Source of the DNA: a virus
IMG/VR virus record: IMGVR_UViG_3300047562_003246
Span: 32,001 to 96,000 of that record
Reading direction: 5' to 3' (one strand)
DNA: 64,000 nt
Positions 44,845 through 54,727 of the stretch are shown one piece after another. The position numbers and the translations under genes were made by a program. Each line of letters starts with the position of its first letter. Within the stretch, counting starts at the first letter, position 1. The notes under the pieces are model-generated. The model was not told the origin of the DNA. It worked only from the letters and a program-made list of their open reading frames with translations, and did not search any database.

Positions 44845-46071
44845 ATGAGCAATAGCAATACAGTTAAGTTAGTTGCCAAGTACTATCGGGCTCAAGAAAA
44901 GCGAGCCGGTATGGAACTGTACCAGTTTGTGAAATTTGCTGGTGATAAATTTCAAAAACAACTGGCAACAAATCTTGAGAAAAATGCTTCAAGTAGTCGA
45001 TCTTTCGAGTACCTGCAAAGCGTGCTGCAACAAGCAAAACGAAACATCGAAAAAGCCGCTTTTGATATTCCAGAAGGAATACAGAAGATTAAAGACATTT
45101 CTCAGAATCCAGCTTATGCGGCTTTATTGGGTGGCGGTGCTGGCGGTTTGCTCGGCGCTGGTATCGGCATGGCTACAGGAAATAACACGCTTAGTAAAGC
45201 ACTGCAAGGAGGTATTGCTGGTGCAACGCTGGGCGGTGGTGCATCACTTATTGGTAATTCTTTGTCCGGTAGAGGCGACGGCTATCAAGATGGTATTAAC
45301 CAACTTAATAGCGCTATTTCTGACGCTCAAGAGGCTAACCAAGATACGAACTGGACAGCAAGACTGATGGGTCTAGCTGGTACATCTAAAGCCATGAACA
45401 TGGCTGATAATTTTATGGCTAGAAACGTTCCATCGCAAACGTTTCTAGCTCAGAACATGAATACGACTAGAGATCGAATGGATCTAATCAATCGTCTCGA
45501 AAGCTGGCTTCAAGATGGATCTAGCTCACGTATCGGTGACGAACCTGTAAGAGACTTCGTTGATCTGCTACAGAGAACAGATAAACCTGATGAGATCAAT
45601 AGATTGTTTCGAGACCTATCTAGCGTTGTAAATCAACCGAAGGGTGTTTCGTTAGCTAATCAGCTTTTGCAAAACGCAGGTTTAAGTGAGTCAAGTGCTA
45701 ACATCGATGCGATCATGCGGGCCATGCAAGAATCTCGCGCAGACGGTTTCCAGATCTTACCAGCTAACTTGGTTGACAGGTTGCAAAATCTTACAAACTG
45801 GACATCATCTGCTTTAGGCAAAGGTAACATTTTGCCGCAAGGAAGACTAACTGGAGCAGTTCGAGGTTCGAAAGGTTTAGTCAGCTGGGATGCCTTGAGA
45901 AATGCCAATTCAGCACTGAGCAACCCGTTCTTACGTGGCCGTAGCGGGTTGTACGGTGCTGGTTTGGGTCTTGGCTTATTTGGTCTAGGCGAGCTTATGA
46001 TGGGTAATAATGAGAAGGTCGATACTTCTTTTGACCCAGAAATTTTGGAACGCATTCGATCAAAGTTATGA
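44845..46071 (+). CDS. putative internal/ejection head protein with glycine-zipper segment
   Basis: ALLGGGAGGLLGAGIG...GGIAGATLGGGA glycine zipper; K-x-A motifs in the N-terminus. Confidence 0.65.
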   Translation: MSNSNTVKLVAKYYRAQEKRAGMELYQFVKFAGDKFQKQLATNLEKNASSSRSFEYLQSVLQQAKRNIEKAAFDIPEGIQKIKDISQNPAYAALLGGGAGGLLGAGIGMATGNNTLSKALQGGIAGATLGGGASLIGNSLSGRGDGYQDGINQLNSAISDAQEANQDTNWTARLMGLAGTSKAMNMADNFMARNVPSQTFLAQNMNTTRDRMDLINRLESWLQDGSSSRIGDEPVRDFVDLLQRTDKPDEINRLFRDLSSVVNQPKGVSLANQLLQNAGLSESSANIDAIMRAMQESRADGFQILPANLVDRLQNLTNWTSSALGKGNILPQGRLTGAVRGSKGLVSWDALRNANSALSNPFLRGRSGLYGAGLGLGLFGLGELMMGNNEKVDTSFDPEILERIRSKL

Positions 46072-47570
46072 GCCAATTAATTAAAATCGCTTCACTTTCT
46101 GACTGGGGACTTGGCGACGAGGGAGCTGTCCTAGCCAAGTATTCCAGCTTTGGTCTTAAAAACGGCGACTACAAGCGTATGCAGAAAGTTGCCGGTGAAA
46201 AGTTTGCAGACGCTGCCAGAAACCTTGTCATCGAAGCAGGATTAGAGCCTGTTTATCAGGCAGCGCTGGCTTCTACAGAGTCCCACGGTTACAACCGAAA
46301 TGGCGACGGCTATAGTGCTGCAATGCTGGATAAGTGCGCCAGTACTTTTGTGGATTACGGCAGACTGTATCGCGGACACAATGCCAAAGATCCAAATAAA
46401 AGCTATGGCATCATCAAGCTAGCTCAGTACGATCCACGCATGGGCGTTGTGCACGTTATCGGTGGATTGTTTAAAGACGCCGAAACAGCTAAACGATTTG
46501 GTGGAGGCAATGCAGCGGATAAAGAGCTTGAGCTTCTTGCTAAAAAAGGCAGCTACCCGGTTTCGCAAGGCAGCTCGATCATCGGCGGCGACAAATGCGT
46601 TATCTGCGGCAAGGTGAGTACCAGTAAAAAAGATTACTGCCTACCAAAGACTGCCGGTGGAGTTTGTGATCTGTTCGGTTGTCGTGGTGGTCTTGGTAAA
46701 ATTGCTGATGACGGAAGGCACCAAGCCCTTGATAACCCTAACGGGATATTTCATGACTTATCCAATGTCGACTTCCCGGCAGATCGACAAGCGGCTGCTT
46801 ATCGTATATCACCTGATGAATTTGATAAGCAAGCGAGTTTACACAGATCGCTCGACAAGCAAGCCGGAACTGTCGATCTTGCATCAATGCAAAAACTCGC
46901 GGCAGTTATCCAAGAGACAAGTCAAACAATCCAGTACTTGCCGTCACAAGCAAAAACATATGCTGACGCGGCGATCAAGCTTGCACAGGTCGAAGGACAG
47001 ATTCGACATGAACTAGCCGGTAAGCGAGAAGATGTTCTTGCTTCGTACGCCGGTCTCAAGCAGACAGATGACGTGACGTTACTGGCCAAACATGCTGCGT
47101 CTGATATTGACAGTTATGTAGCTACCGCAGCAAGAATGTCAGCCAACATGGGTGTTTGCGTTTGTCCAATGGCATTCTTCAAGGCGGCTGGACTGTGTGA
47201 TGCGGATATCGCAGCAGCTACAAGTCGAGCCGCAACCTTGTACACAGATCTTGTATCTGATCCAGCAAGAATGCAGTCTGTATGTCAAAAGGCAGCGCAA
47301 GATAGTGTTTATTTGCCTTTGTCCGCTACGGATTACACAGCTCCAACTGAGCTGCCTTTGAATAGTCATGACGTTCGGCGCAGGAGCCTACAAAAAGTAG
47401 CCGAAGGCGAGACTGTTTCTCCGATAATTTTCAGTTCGCCTAGTTTATCGGTAGCTGCGTCAAAGGCACTAGATAAGTACGCTACCTATTCTTTGAGAAC
47501 TTTGGCTACACTTGTTGTATCCAATCCGCAAGTTGCGACTTTTGCGATAGCACAGTCCAACGTATATTGA
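46068..47570 (+). CDS. prohead (capsid maturation) protease with Cys cluster
   Basis: NRNGDGY...LYRGH..KDP.KSYG...PVSQGS (His then Ser, HK97/herpes-like protease pattern), DKCVICG..C..C..C; located upstream of scaffold and capsid. Confidence 0.65.
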   Translation: MSQLIKIASLSDWGLGDEGAVLAKYSSFGLKNGDYKRMQKVAGEKFADAARNLVIEAGLEPVYQAALASTESHGYNRNGDGYSAAMLDKCASTFVDYGRLYRGHNAKDPNKSYGIIKLAQYDPRMGVVHVIGGLFKDAETAKRFGGGNAADKELELLAKKGSYPVSQGSSIIGGDKCVICGKVSTSKKDYCLPKTAGGVCDLFGCRGGLGKIADDGRHQALDNPNGIFHDLSNVDFPADRQAAAYRISPDEFDKQASLHRSLDKQAGTVDLASMQKLAAVIQETSQTIQYLPSQAKTYADAAIKLAQVEGQIRHELAGKREDVLASYAGLKQTDDVTLLAKHAASDIDSYVATAARMSANMGVCVCPMAFFKAAGLCDADIAAATSRAATLYTDLVSDPARMQSVCQKAAQDSVYLPLSATDYTAPTELPLNSHDVRRRSLQKVAEGETVSPIIFSSPSLSVAASKALDKYATYSLRTLATLVVSNPQVATFAIAQSNVY

Positions 47571-47603
47571 TTTTTGTCACAACCTCTTCACTAGAGAGTA
47601 AAT

Positions 47604-48905
47604 ATGTCTACTACACAGCAGAAACGAAGTAACATCCAGACTTTGCTTGCCGAGATGAACAAAGCAGCTGGTGTGGATGCGATCAATCCGCCAACAAGTC
47701 ACGAAAGTGGTGGTACGCCTGACGATTTGACAACCGTGACTACCGGCGAATATTTTGCCGAACAGTCTGCTGCCGATAAAGATCGTCCTGGTCCGACCGC
47801 TGAAGACAACAAAGTTACCGGTAACACCGGCGAAGAATCAGCAACGGTTCCGACGACAACCAAGCCGACCGGTGAGGATCCCAAGAACGAGCGTGATGTT
47901 ACCGGTGACATCAAGGATCCAAACCAAACTTCGCATCCGGCCAATGGTAATTTTGGCGAGAAGTATTCTTCGGATGATTTCTTGGCTAAGGCTGCCCAAA
48001 CCATTGAGAGTCTTGTGCAATCAACACAAAAGCGAATGACCGAGCTGGCTGTGCAGGGTCAAAACGGCGGACAAAACAAGTCTGCAGGACAACAAGATAC
48101 GCAGCAAACCGCGCAACAGTCGACCGAGCAAGGCAAGCAAGCTGGTGATGCGAATCAATCAGCCCTGTCTTCGGAAGAGCTGGCTAAGAATGCTGAGATC
48201 GTTGAAAGCATCCGTCAGCAAACTGGCAATGATGCTTTGGCTGAGTTTTTCCGTGGTCGCTCTGAACAAGAGATCATGGAAATGCAAAAGGTTGCTCATG
48301 CCCGCGTGATAGAAGCTCGCGAATACGGTGATGTTTTGGCAACGATTCTTGCTGATAGCTACGATCAAATTAAGGTCGCAGCAGCACAACAACAAAAGCA
48401 AGCTAATCAGCAGAAATCCACCTCTTCGCAAGGTTTGAACTTTTTCTCTCAGCTGAAACGAGCCCTGGAAGAAGAAGGCGGCGATTATGAAGAGACCGAC
48501 GATGCAGCTAGCAGCGATGGCTCGGGCGGTGCTGCCGATATGGGCGGTGACAGTGCTGGTGCGATGGTTGACCCTACCGCAGTTATGGGCGGTGGTGGCG
48601 ACATGGGCGGCGGTGACGATGCTGCCATGGCCGCAGCTGCTGGCGAAGACATGGGCATGGGCGGTGGAATCGATCCAGAACTTATGGCGATGCTCGAAGC
48701 CATTGCCAAGCAAGAAGGTATGTCCGTTGAAGAGCTTTTGATGTTGCTTGCAAGTAAGCAAGCCTCAGAAGTTTTGCATAGCAAGAAGGCTTCAACTGAA
48801 AAGCCGATCGACAAGACCAGCGAGCAGTACAAGAAGCTTCATCAAATGTGCAAAACGGCGATTGAAGCAGCAAATGATTTGCTTAATCGCGGTCAACGCA
48901 AGTAA
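47604..48905 (+). CDS. scaffolding-like protein
   Basis: Acidic/Q-rich, helical and low-complexity; between protease and capsid; many K-x-A motifs. Confidence 0.6.
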   Translation: MSTTQQKRSNIQTLLAEMNKAAGVDAINPPTSHESGGTPDDLTTVTTGEYFAEQSAADKDRPGPTAEDNKVTGNTGEESATVPTTTKPTGEDPKNERDVTGDIKDPNQTSHPANGNFGEKYSSDDFLAKAAQTIESLVQSTQKRMTELAVQGQNGGQNKSAGQQDTQQTAQQSTEQGKQAGDANQSALSSEELAKNAEIVESIRQQTGNDALAEFFRGRSEQEIMEMQKVAHARVIEAREYGDVLATILADSYDQIKVAAAQQQKQANQQKSTSSQGLNFFSQLKRALEEEGGDYEETDDAASSDGSGGAADMGGDSAGAMVDPTAVMGGGGDMGGGDDAAMAAAAGEDMGMGGGIDPELMAMLEAIAKQEGMSVEELLMLLASKQASEVLHSKKASTEKPIDKTSEQYKKLHQMCKTAIEAANDLLNRGQRK

Positions 48906-48926
48906 CCGATCCTTGTGTGGGAGGTT

Positions 48927-48965
48927 AGCCGGTGTTGGAACGAAAGTTCTGGCACCGGCTTTTTT
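48927..48965 (+). terminator. intrinsic terminator
   Basis: 15-bp stem agccggtgttggaac/gttctggcaccggct with GAAA tetraloop and T tract. Confidence 0.85.
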
Positions 48966-49073
48966 CGTAGAAACTCGGCGATAATGCTACATTATTGGCA
49001 AGCCAAGTAATAATAAAGCATCAGCAGATCTATCTGTTGTCTTGCTAATCAGTCAAACCTAACGAGGTTATAC

Positions 49074-49508
49074 GTGAGTAATACAAACACAGTACAGGTG
49101 CCAAGCGACGTTCAACGGGAGCTTGACGCACATAACACAACGATTGAACTAGCGAAGGTGGCACAAAGTGTTATCTCGCACGTTCATCAAGACAAGAAAG
49201 CTGCCGCAGAGCTTTGCGACAAGCTGATTTCTTTGGGCAAACAAGCTGGATTGATGACCGAGGGAGACATCCCCGCAATCAAAAAAGCGCTGTCAACGCA
49301 AGCCGGAACAGCCAAAATTGCTATGCAAATTTTGGAAGAAGTTGTTGAGCAAGCCAAGCTCAACAAGAGCGCTTCGGCGTCTTCCGGTAATAATAGCGTC
49401 AGAGGCAATGGTTTTGCTGTTGGCAATCCGACGATTAAGAAGACGGCTTCTTACGGCGGATATGACGGTGAAGACGTAATTGGTAGTGAAGCGCGTCGCA
49501 TGCGATAA
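49074..49508 (+). CDS. small helical head-module protein
   Basis: 144 aa; KVAQ, KQAG, KSAS, KTAS. Confidence 0.65.
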   Translation: MSNTNTVQVPSDVQRELDAHNTTIELAKVAQSVISHVHQDKKAAAELCDKLISLGKQAGLMTEGDIPAIKKALSTQAGTAKIAMQILEEVVEQAKLNKSASASSGNNSVRGNGFAVGNPTIKKTASYGGYDGEDVIGSEARRMR

Positions 49509-49570
49509 GCTGCTTGTGACTTGTTTTTAGTAAGAAATTTTCCAACTCGACAACGAAGGTCGTTATTCAT

Positions 49571-50182
49571 ATGGATTACACACGCACAATGTACAGTTCG
49601 AAACTCGAAGTCAAGCGAGGTTTCGAAGGTATGGCAGATCATCGATATGACATGCTTATCGATGAAGCCGAAGAGGCACTCTTCCCCAACAAGTACATGC
49701 CCGCAGGTCTTGTATTCAGCCGCGATACCACCGGCAAGAAAGTCAAGATTGGCTGCGTAGGGAATAAGGTTCCTTACTTCTTGTTCAACCCAACCGATCG
49801 TCCGATGGCCGCTATGAGCGGTATCGTACCAAGCAACACCGCCGCAGCATCTGGTGGATTCTTGGGCGCTGGCGATCGCAAGATGCGATTCTACAGTGGT
49901 ATGGGTCACTTTGAAGTTTCAACCACCGAGTACGCCAAGCCAAGTAGCTACAGCTACGCAGTCGATGATCCATTGACTGCACCTGGATTTGCTACCCCTG
50001 CAACGTACGACGTGAATGCTGGTAAAGTCGCCAAGACGACTTACACCGGCACTGCCGTGATTGTCGGCATTGTTTCTCTGCCTTGTACCGAAGCTTCGCC
50101 TTCGACCAACGAGCACAAGACTCCTGCTTTGCACTTTACGACTTGCTACATTCCAAACCGCAAGGTAAACGCAGCGTCGTAA
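49571..50182 (+). CDS. putative head decoration/cement protein
   Basis: 203 aa beta-rich gene immediately upstream of the major capsid gene (lambda gpD-like position). Confidence 0.55.
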   Translation: MDYTRTMYSSKLEVKRGFEGMADHRYDMLIDEAEEALFPNKYMPAGLVFSRDTTGKKVKIGCVGNKVPYFLFNPTDRPMAAMSGIVPSNTAAASGGFLGAGDRKMRFYSGMGHFEVSTTEYAKPSSYSYAVDDPLTAPGFATPATYDVNAGKVAKTTYTGTAVIVGIVSLPCTEASPSTNEHKTPALHFTTCYIPNRKVNAAS

Positions 50183-50233
50183 TCGTTCTGTTTTAGTTTA
50201 AAATCGACTGTGAAATATCAGTCGATTATCTGA

Positions 50234-50290
50234 TCCGCGATAAGCGGGTATGAATCGTCAGTTAAAGTGTTCACAACCGCTTATCGCGGA
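50234..50290 (+). promoter_or_regulatory. 5' UTR hairpin overlapping the capsid gene RBS
   Basis: Perfect 14-bp inverted repeat tccgcgataagcgg (50234-50247) / ccgcttatcgcgga (50277-50290); the 3' arm includes GGA of the GGAAGG SD. Confidence 0.6.
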
Positions 50291-50300
50291 AGGTAATAAT

Positions 50301-51257
50301 ATGCTAGAAACTATGGAAAAAATGTCGCGAGCAGAGTATGAGGCTTTTTCTGAAAGCACATACGAAAAGTTTGCTTCAGGCACTCCAGACCTTGATAAGT
50401 CTGGTGCAGCCGATATGGACGTTCTCGTCCGAAAGATGGTTCGCGAAGGCTCGTACTTCGATTCGATTCTGACACCCAAACAGATCAGTCCTGAAGAGAA
50501 CGTGATCACTGTTGATACCGATCAACACATCATCCTATTCCCTTTTGAACCAGATTCTCCTGGTGCCGTGTCGACGTACTTGGACGGTCCAAGTGACCAG
50601 TTCTATATGTACGGTAAGTACTTTCCGTTGTTCCTGCGAGAGTTCAACACTCACGAAGTCGTGAAGACTCTACTCGAACTGGAGTCGTACAAGTACGATA
50701 TTCGCCAAATCATCGGCGATAACATGGTCAAGGACTTGATCGCCATGACGGATTATCTGGGCATGGATCCGATCAACCGTTTGCTTGGTGCAGCTAACTC
50801 GACGAACTATTACGTCAATCGTCCGCTGTACCACGTACAAAACTCCGCGATCACTTTCAGCTCGTTGAAAGATGCTCAAAAGCCTTTGTACGATGAGCCT
50901 TTCAACCTGGAACCTACTCGGTTCTTGATTGGTCGAACGACTTTGCCTGAAATCGAAAAGACCGCGATTGACGAATTCCGTGGTACTAAGATTGCGGAAG
51001 ACATTTTCAACGGCTCGCTCAAGAGTGGTGAATGGAACGGCATGCCGTTTGTATCAACCACCAAGAAAGCGTTGGTCCCAGAAGGGGCTGTGTTCTTCTT
51101 CCCAGACGAGAAGTACATGGGCCACAGCCGCGAACACACTCCGCCGACCATGTCGGTTCAGCGTAAGCGTGGTCGTATCGGCTTCAGCTACTTCATGATC
51201 AAGGGTATTGCTATCGGCCACTTGGCCTGTGCGACTCGAACCGACTTCCGGTTCTAA
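50301..51257 (+). CDS. major capsid protein (HK97 fold)
   Basis: About 318 aa after protease/scaffold/decoration genes; VREGSYFDSILTP, EPDSPGA, ELESYKYDIRQ..N..KD pattern; high-expression codon bias; own terminator. Confidence 0.75.
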   Translation: MLETMEKMSRAEYEAFSESTYEKFASGTPDLDKSGAADMDVLVRKMVREGSYFDSILTPKQISPEENVITVDTDQHIILFPFEPDSPGAVSTYLDGPSDQFYMYGKYFPLFLREFNTHEVVKTLLELESYKYDIRQIIGDNMVKDLIAMTDYLGMDPINRLLGAANSTNYYVNRPLYHVQNSAITFSSLKDAQKPLYDEPFNLEPTRFLIGRTTLPEIEKTAIDEFRGTKIAEDIFNGSLKSGEWNGMPFVSTTKKALVPEGAVFFFPDEKYMGHSREHTPPTMSVQRKRGRIGFSYFMIKGIAIGHLACATRTDFRF

Positions 51258-51287
51258 TCGCTTTGCAGTACGCTTACTGATACCGGA

Positions 51288-51318
51288 GCGGCGATTGGTT
51301 TTCCGGTCGCCGTTTTTT
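51288..51318 (+). terminator. intrinsic terminator after the capsid gene
   Basis: gcggcgattgg/ccggtcgccgt stem followed by a T tract. Confidence 0.85.
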
Positions 51319-51355
51319 ATTTAGCAACAAAGAAAAATTTCTTGAAGGTTCTCAT

Positions 51356-51757
51356 ATGTCACAGAATCAGCAACCACAATGGACCGAAGAAGCGGTTGAT
51401 GCTGTTTACTCGCCTTTCAATGATCACTTGAAAGACCAATTCGTCATGACGTTAGGTGCACGAGGCTATATGCCCAAGACCGCCGAAGAAGCAGAAAACT
51501 GTCTTCAAACGGCGCTTGCACTGCATGAAAAGATTGCCTCCGGTCAAATACAGGCTCCGAGCCGTCATCCTTCGCAACTTGAAATGCTTAACGAAAAAGT
51601 CGCCAGCGCAATCGGTGGATCTCCGCAAGATCAGCACATGCAAGCGCTGTATCAAAACATTCAAGAGAAGGTTGCCGCATCGGTTTACGATCCGTTTACG
51701 TTGTACGCTAGCATCGCAGCCGACAGCCTCGAAAACCAACAACAACAAGCTCAGTAA
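51356..51757 (+). CDS. small K-x-A-rich head protein
   Basis: 4 of its 5 lysines are in K-x-A (KTAE, KIAS, KVAS, KVAA). Confidence 0.7.
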   Translation: MSQNQQPQWTEEAVDAVYSPFNDHLKDQFVMTLGARGYMPKTAEEAENCLQTALALHEKIASGQIQAPSRHPSQLEMLNEKVASAIGGSPQDQHMQALYQNIQEKVAASVYDPFTLYASIAADSLENQQQQAQ

Positions 51758-51837
51758 TTTGTTGTTAGTGAGCAGCTACAATATAGCTAGCTCTAAAACG
51801 TTAAACAAATCAACCTGATATATAAAGGTATTTGCAT

Positions 51838-52176
51838 ATGTCGGCATCGATCACCTGTCTGTACACCACAGTTGTGAATTCCAGTGGTGCAGAAAGAATT
51901 TTTGGCTTCTTGCCTCCGCGAGGACGCAAGCTAGCAGCAGACGCTGAGTTCGCTGAAATCGGCAGTGTCGTCGATTGGATGCAAGGTCGTGGTGGTTTAT
52001 CGCCGCTTCCTGAAAAGCAATTCAAAGCGTTTAATCGGGCAATTGTAGACGGCGACTTGTACATCAAGTCGACACCGGCAGTTGCTCTTTACGATGAAAC
52101 AGCGACTCAAACTCAGATCCTGACCTTGGATGATGGTTCATTTGCAGCAGCTGATCCTTGTTGGGAACCGGCTTAA
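51838..52176 (+). CDS. conserved virion protein
   Basis: TTVVNSSG..RIFGFLPPRG..L...E pattern; ATG 51838. Confidence 0.65.
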   Translation: MSASITCLYTTVVNSSGAERIFGFLPPRGRKLAADAEFAEIGSVVDWMQGRGGLSPLPEKQFKAFNRAIVDGDLYIKSTPAVALYDETATQTQILTLDDGSFAAADPCWEPA

Positions 52177-52214
52177 GCTGTAACCGTCGTTACCTCTGTC
52201 TAACGTCGTCTTAT

Positions 52215-52255
52215 AAAGGTACTAAGCGATAATAAGCTTAGTACCTTTATTTTTT
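52215..52255 (+). terminator. intrinsic terminator
   Basis: 13-bp stem aaaggtactaagc/gcttagtaccttt followed by attttttg. Confidence 0.8.
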
Positions 52256-52272
52256 GTTTACCGAGGGCTCTT

Positions 52273-53112
52273 ATGTCAGATCTTATTCTCCCAGGGCAGT
52301 CCAGCTTAAATGATTGCCCGACTATGCCGCTGGATCTAGGCTACCAAATACCTGCAGGTATATCAGCTACGCTGTGCGTGCCGGACGGACAAAGAGAGCC
52401 TGGCGCATATAAAGCAATCTTTACGCCTGTTACTTGTGGCGGCGAACCCATTGATGTTGATATCGCTATTGACGAAGTTATCGTTGATGACTGTGGATTT
52501 AAAATTCCTGTACCAAACGAAGTTGCCGACAACGTAGGTATTTACAGCGTCGAGTTTGCCAAAATGGTCGACGGAAGACCCTCAGGTATTAAGTCCGCAG
52601 TAATCAGCGTCGAAGAGTCTGCATGGGCGCAGGATCCTACAAAACCAGTCGGGATTACGATCGACCGAATCCGCATGCATATGCGAGATACCGAAGCCGG
52701 TGGTGCTGTAATTGAAGGCTACGAGTATTCCACCAAAGAAATCATCAGCTGCTTACTCAGACCAATCGAGTACTGGAACGACACGCCGCCTCCGAACTCC
52801 ATAAAGTTCAGCTCACCTCAGTCTTTCCCATACACGTACAACTGGATGGAAGCAACGATCTCTTGTTTGCTTAAGATCAGTGCCACTTGGTACCTACGAC
52901 AGAGTAAACGAATGACTTACAGTGGTGGATTAACTACGGATGATCGCGATAAAGCAGACAAGTATTTGGCGCTAGCCATGCAAATGTGGGCCAAATACGA
53001 GATGTTTGTGCAACAAACTAAGTTAGCAATTATCCGCAATCAAGGAATCTATCCGACTCCTAGTGCTTTACCGGTGGCTGACTTCGGTTCTTCCATGCCT
53101 CGAAGGTGGTAA
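52273..53112 (+). CDS. head-tail adaptor (neck) protein
   Basis: Position; IR..MRD.....E.S..EI...WN..PP...K..KY...A pattern; contains 14-mer copy 8. Confidence 0.6.
   Translation: MSDLILPGQSSLNDCPTMPLDLGYQIPAGISATLCVPDGQREPGAYKAIFTPVTCGGEPIDVDIAIDEVIVDDCGFKIPVPNEVADNVGIYSVEFAKMVDGRPSGIKSAVISVEESAWAQDPTKPVGITIDRIRMHMRDTEAGGAVIEGYEYSTKEIISCLLRPIEYWNDTPPPNSIKFSSPQSFPYTYNWMEATISCLLKISATWYLRQSKRMTYSGGLTTDDRDKADKYLALAMQMWAKYEMFVQQTKLAIIRNQGIYPTPSALPVADFGSSMPRRW
52627..52640 (+). repeat. dispersed 14-mer, copy 8
   Basis: Exact match; AWAQDPT. Confidence 0.95.
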
Positions 53113-53114
53113 GC

Positions 53115-53927
53115 ATGTCTTGCGATTGTCCAGTCGATCAAATCTTTATCCTGCCATATGTAGACGGTGGGACGATTCTTTCGTGGTCGTTTCGTAAAGG
53201 TTTGACATTCTCACCGAGTGACAGTATCGAGATCCAGGTATCCAGACACGATACAACCGATGACGCTGCTTGGTCTGTTATAGGTACTGTGCCTATCGAA
53301 ACGCTACAGTATGTTGACTCGCCGAGAAGATCTTACGGTAGCCAGGAACGTGTGTATTACCGGCTAAGAATACTGCCTTACAATTGCTACACCGAAAGCA
53401 AACCGATGCTTGCCGGTGTAACCGATTGTCGCGTTAGAGGCGACATTCGTGAGATTATTCGTCGCGAGCGATCCCGACATAAATCCGGAGAAGCTCAAAA
53501 AGGCGTACTACTCAAACGCAAATATTCCGGCGTTAGATGCACAACCTGCTCTGATCCTGATTACCCAGACAGACTAATTAATTCAGATTGTCCTGTTTGT
53601 TTTCGTACAGGCTATGTCGGTGGTTATTTTTTAACGCCCAATTTTTTTGCTGACTTAAATCAGTATGGGTCTGCGGGTCAGCGAGGCGAGTATCACGACA
53701 TTGAAGGAGCGGACTCAACCACGTCACTACAGTACTTAAACATTCCCGATGTTCAAGTCGGTGATGTCTGGGTGGACACACAATCTGATCAGCGTTGGTT
53801 AGTCGATCAAATTAAAACAGTCGCCAGAGTTGGTAGCTATATTTTGATCGCTGCTGCTGGAGTGACAAAACTTAATACCGATGACATTGTTTATAAAGTG
53901 CCGGTACCGCTCGAAATGCGAAGGTAA
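53115..53927 (+). CDS. neck/head-closure protein with Zn-finger
   Basis: G.LLKRK.SG.RCTTC...CPVCFRTGYVGGY; ATG 53115. Confidence 0.6.
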   Translation: MSCDCPVDQIFILPYVDGGTILSWSFRKGLTFSPSDSIEIQVSRHDTTDDAAWSVIGTVPIETLQYVDSPRRSYGSQERVYYRLRILPYNCYTESKPMLAGVTDCRVRGDIREIIRRERSRHKSGEAQKGVLLKRKYSGVRCTTCSDPDYPDRLINSDCPVCFRTGYVGGYFLTPNFFADLNQYGSAGQRGEYHDIEGADSTTSLQYLNIPDVQVGDVWVDTQSDQRWLVDQIKTVARVGSYILIAAAGVTKLNTDDIVYKVPVPLEMRR

Positions 53928-53930
53928 CCT

Positions 53931-54101
53931 ATGCCCAAACCTATTCCAGGAATGACCGATTTTGTTAAGCAATCGCAAGAATTTCCTAAAAAAGAAAACC
54001 AAGAAAGACCTGAGAAGACCTATAATAATCAAACAGCGGTCTACTCTCTTTATGACGACGTAGATCCTAAAGAAGTAGCCCGTATTCTAGGTGCCAGGTA
54101 A
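53931..54101 (+). CDS. 56-aa protein not in the ORF track (MPKPIPGMTDFVKQSQEFPKKENQERPEKTYNNQTAVYSLYDDVDPKEVARILGAR)
   Basis: Fills the gap exactly; TAATG overlap with the next start. Confidence 0.6.
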   Translation: MPKPIPGMTDFVKQSQEFPKKENQERPEKTYNNQTAVYSLYDDVDPKEVARILGAR

Positions 54102-54721
54102 TGTCAGAAGCCGTTTACACCTCTCCGGAGCAAGTAAGAAATGCTTTGGTAAGTCAGTGCTATCTACTCACTGGCTTTCTTAGTAATTTGCTGCGTAGAC
54201 GGTTTGCTGTGAATACCTCTCTTCCTTCATCAATCGGTCGACTTCGCTATGCTCCTGAAGTCGCCAACAGGACGATTGAAATTGGTACGCGTGACGAAAT
54301 CAAACGCACCGATTGGCAGTTGAGGCCCAGCATTATTATTCGTCGCAACAGTCTGACGACAAAAAATCTAGGCATCGATGAAGGTAAACTTGTTACTTTT
54401 GGCAACGAAGTTTACTCTTCTCACAACACGCTATACGTCGGCAGTCACACAGTACTGTGTTTATCAAAGACTGAAGCTGAGAGTGAATTGATCGCACTCG
54501 ACACACATCTTTATATAAATCGTTTTCAAGCCCAGATACGCAAAGCTCTGTGCTTGCTTAGAATACGGGTAAACGATATCGGACAAACGGGGCTGTTAAA
54601 AGAGGACACTCAGGTATTCGCTACCCCGTTTACAATATTTTATGCGTATGATCAGCCCTTCGTCAGGTACCCGATCACACCTAACATCAGATTTATTAAC
54701 GTCAATTCGACTATAGGATAA
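54101..54721 (+). CDS. tail terminator/completion-like protein
   Basis: Position before the sheath gene; beta-rich 206 aa. Confidence 0.5.
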   Translation: MSEAVYTSPEQVRNALVSQCYLLTGFLSNLLRRRFAVNTSLPSSIGRLRYAPEVANRTIEIGTRDEIKRTDWQLRPSIIIRRNSLTTKNLGIDEGKLVTFGNEVYSSHNTLYVGSHTVLCLSKTEAESELIALDTHLYINRFQAQIRKALCLLRIRVNDIGQTGLLKEDTQVFATPFTIFYAYDQPFVRYPITPNIRFINVNSTIG

Positions 54722-54727
54722 GCAGTA

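Noticed and set aside
28011-53112. Phage-nucleus (chimallin/PhuZ) system, portal, terminase, inteins or homing endonucleases near the RNAP and head genes
   Set aside because: No tubulin signature, terminase Walker motifs, intein splice motifs or HNH/LAGLIDADG/GIY-YIG motifs were recognised; such genes may lie outside the window.
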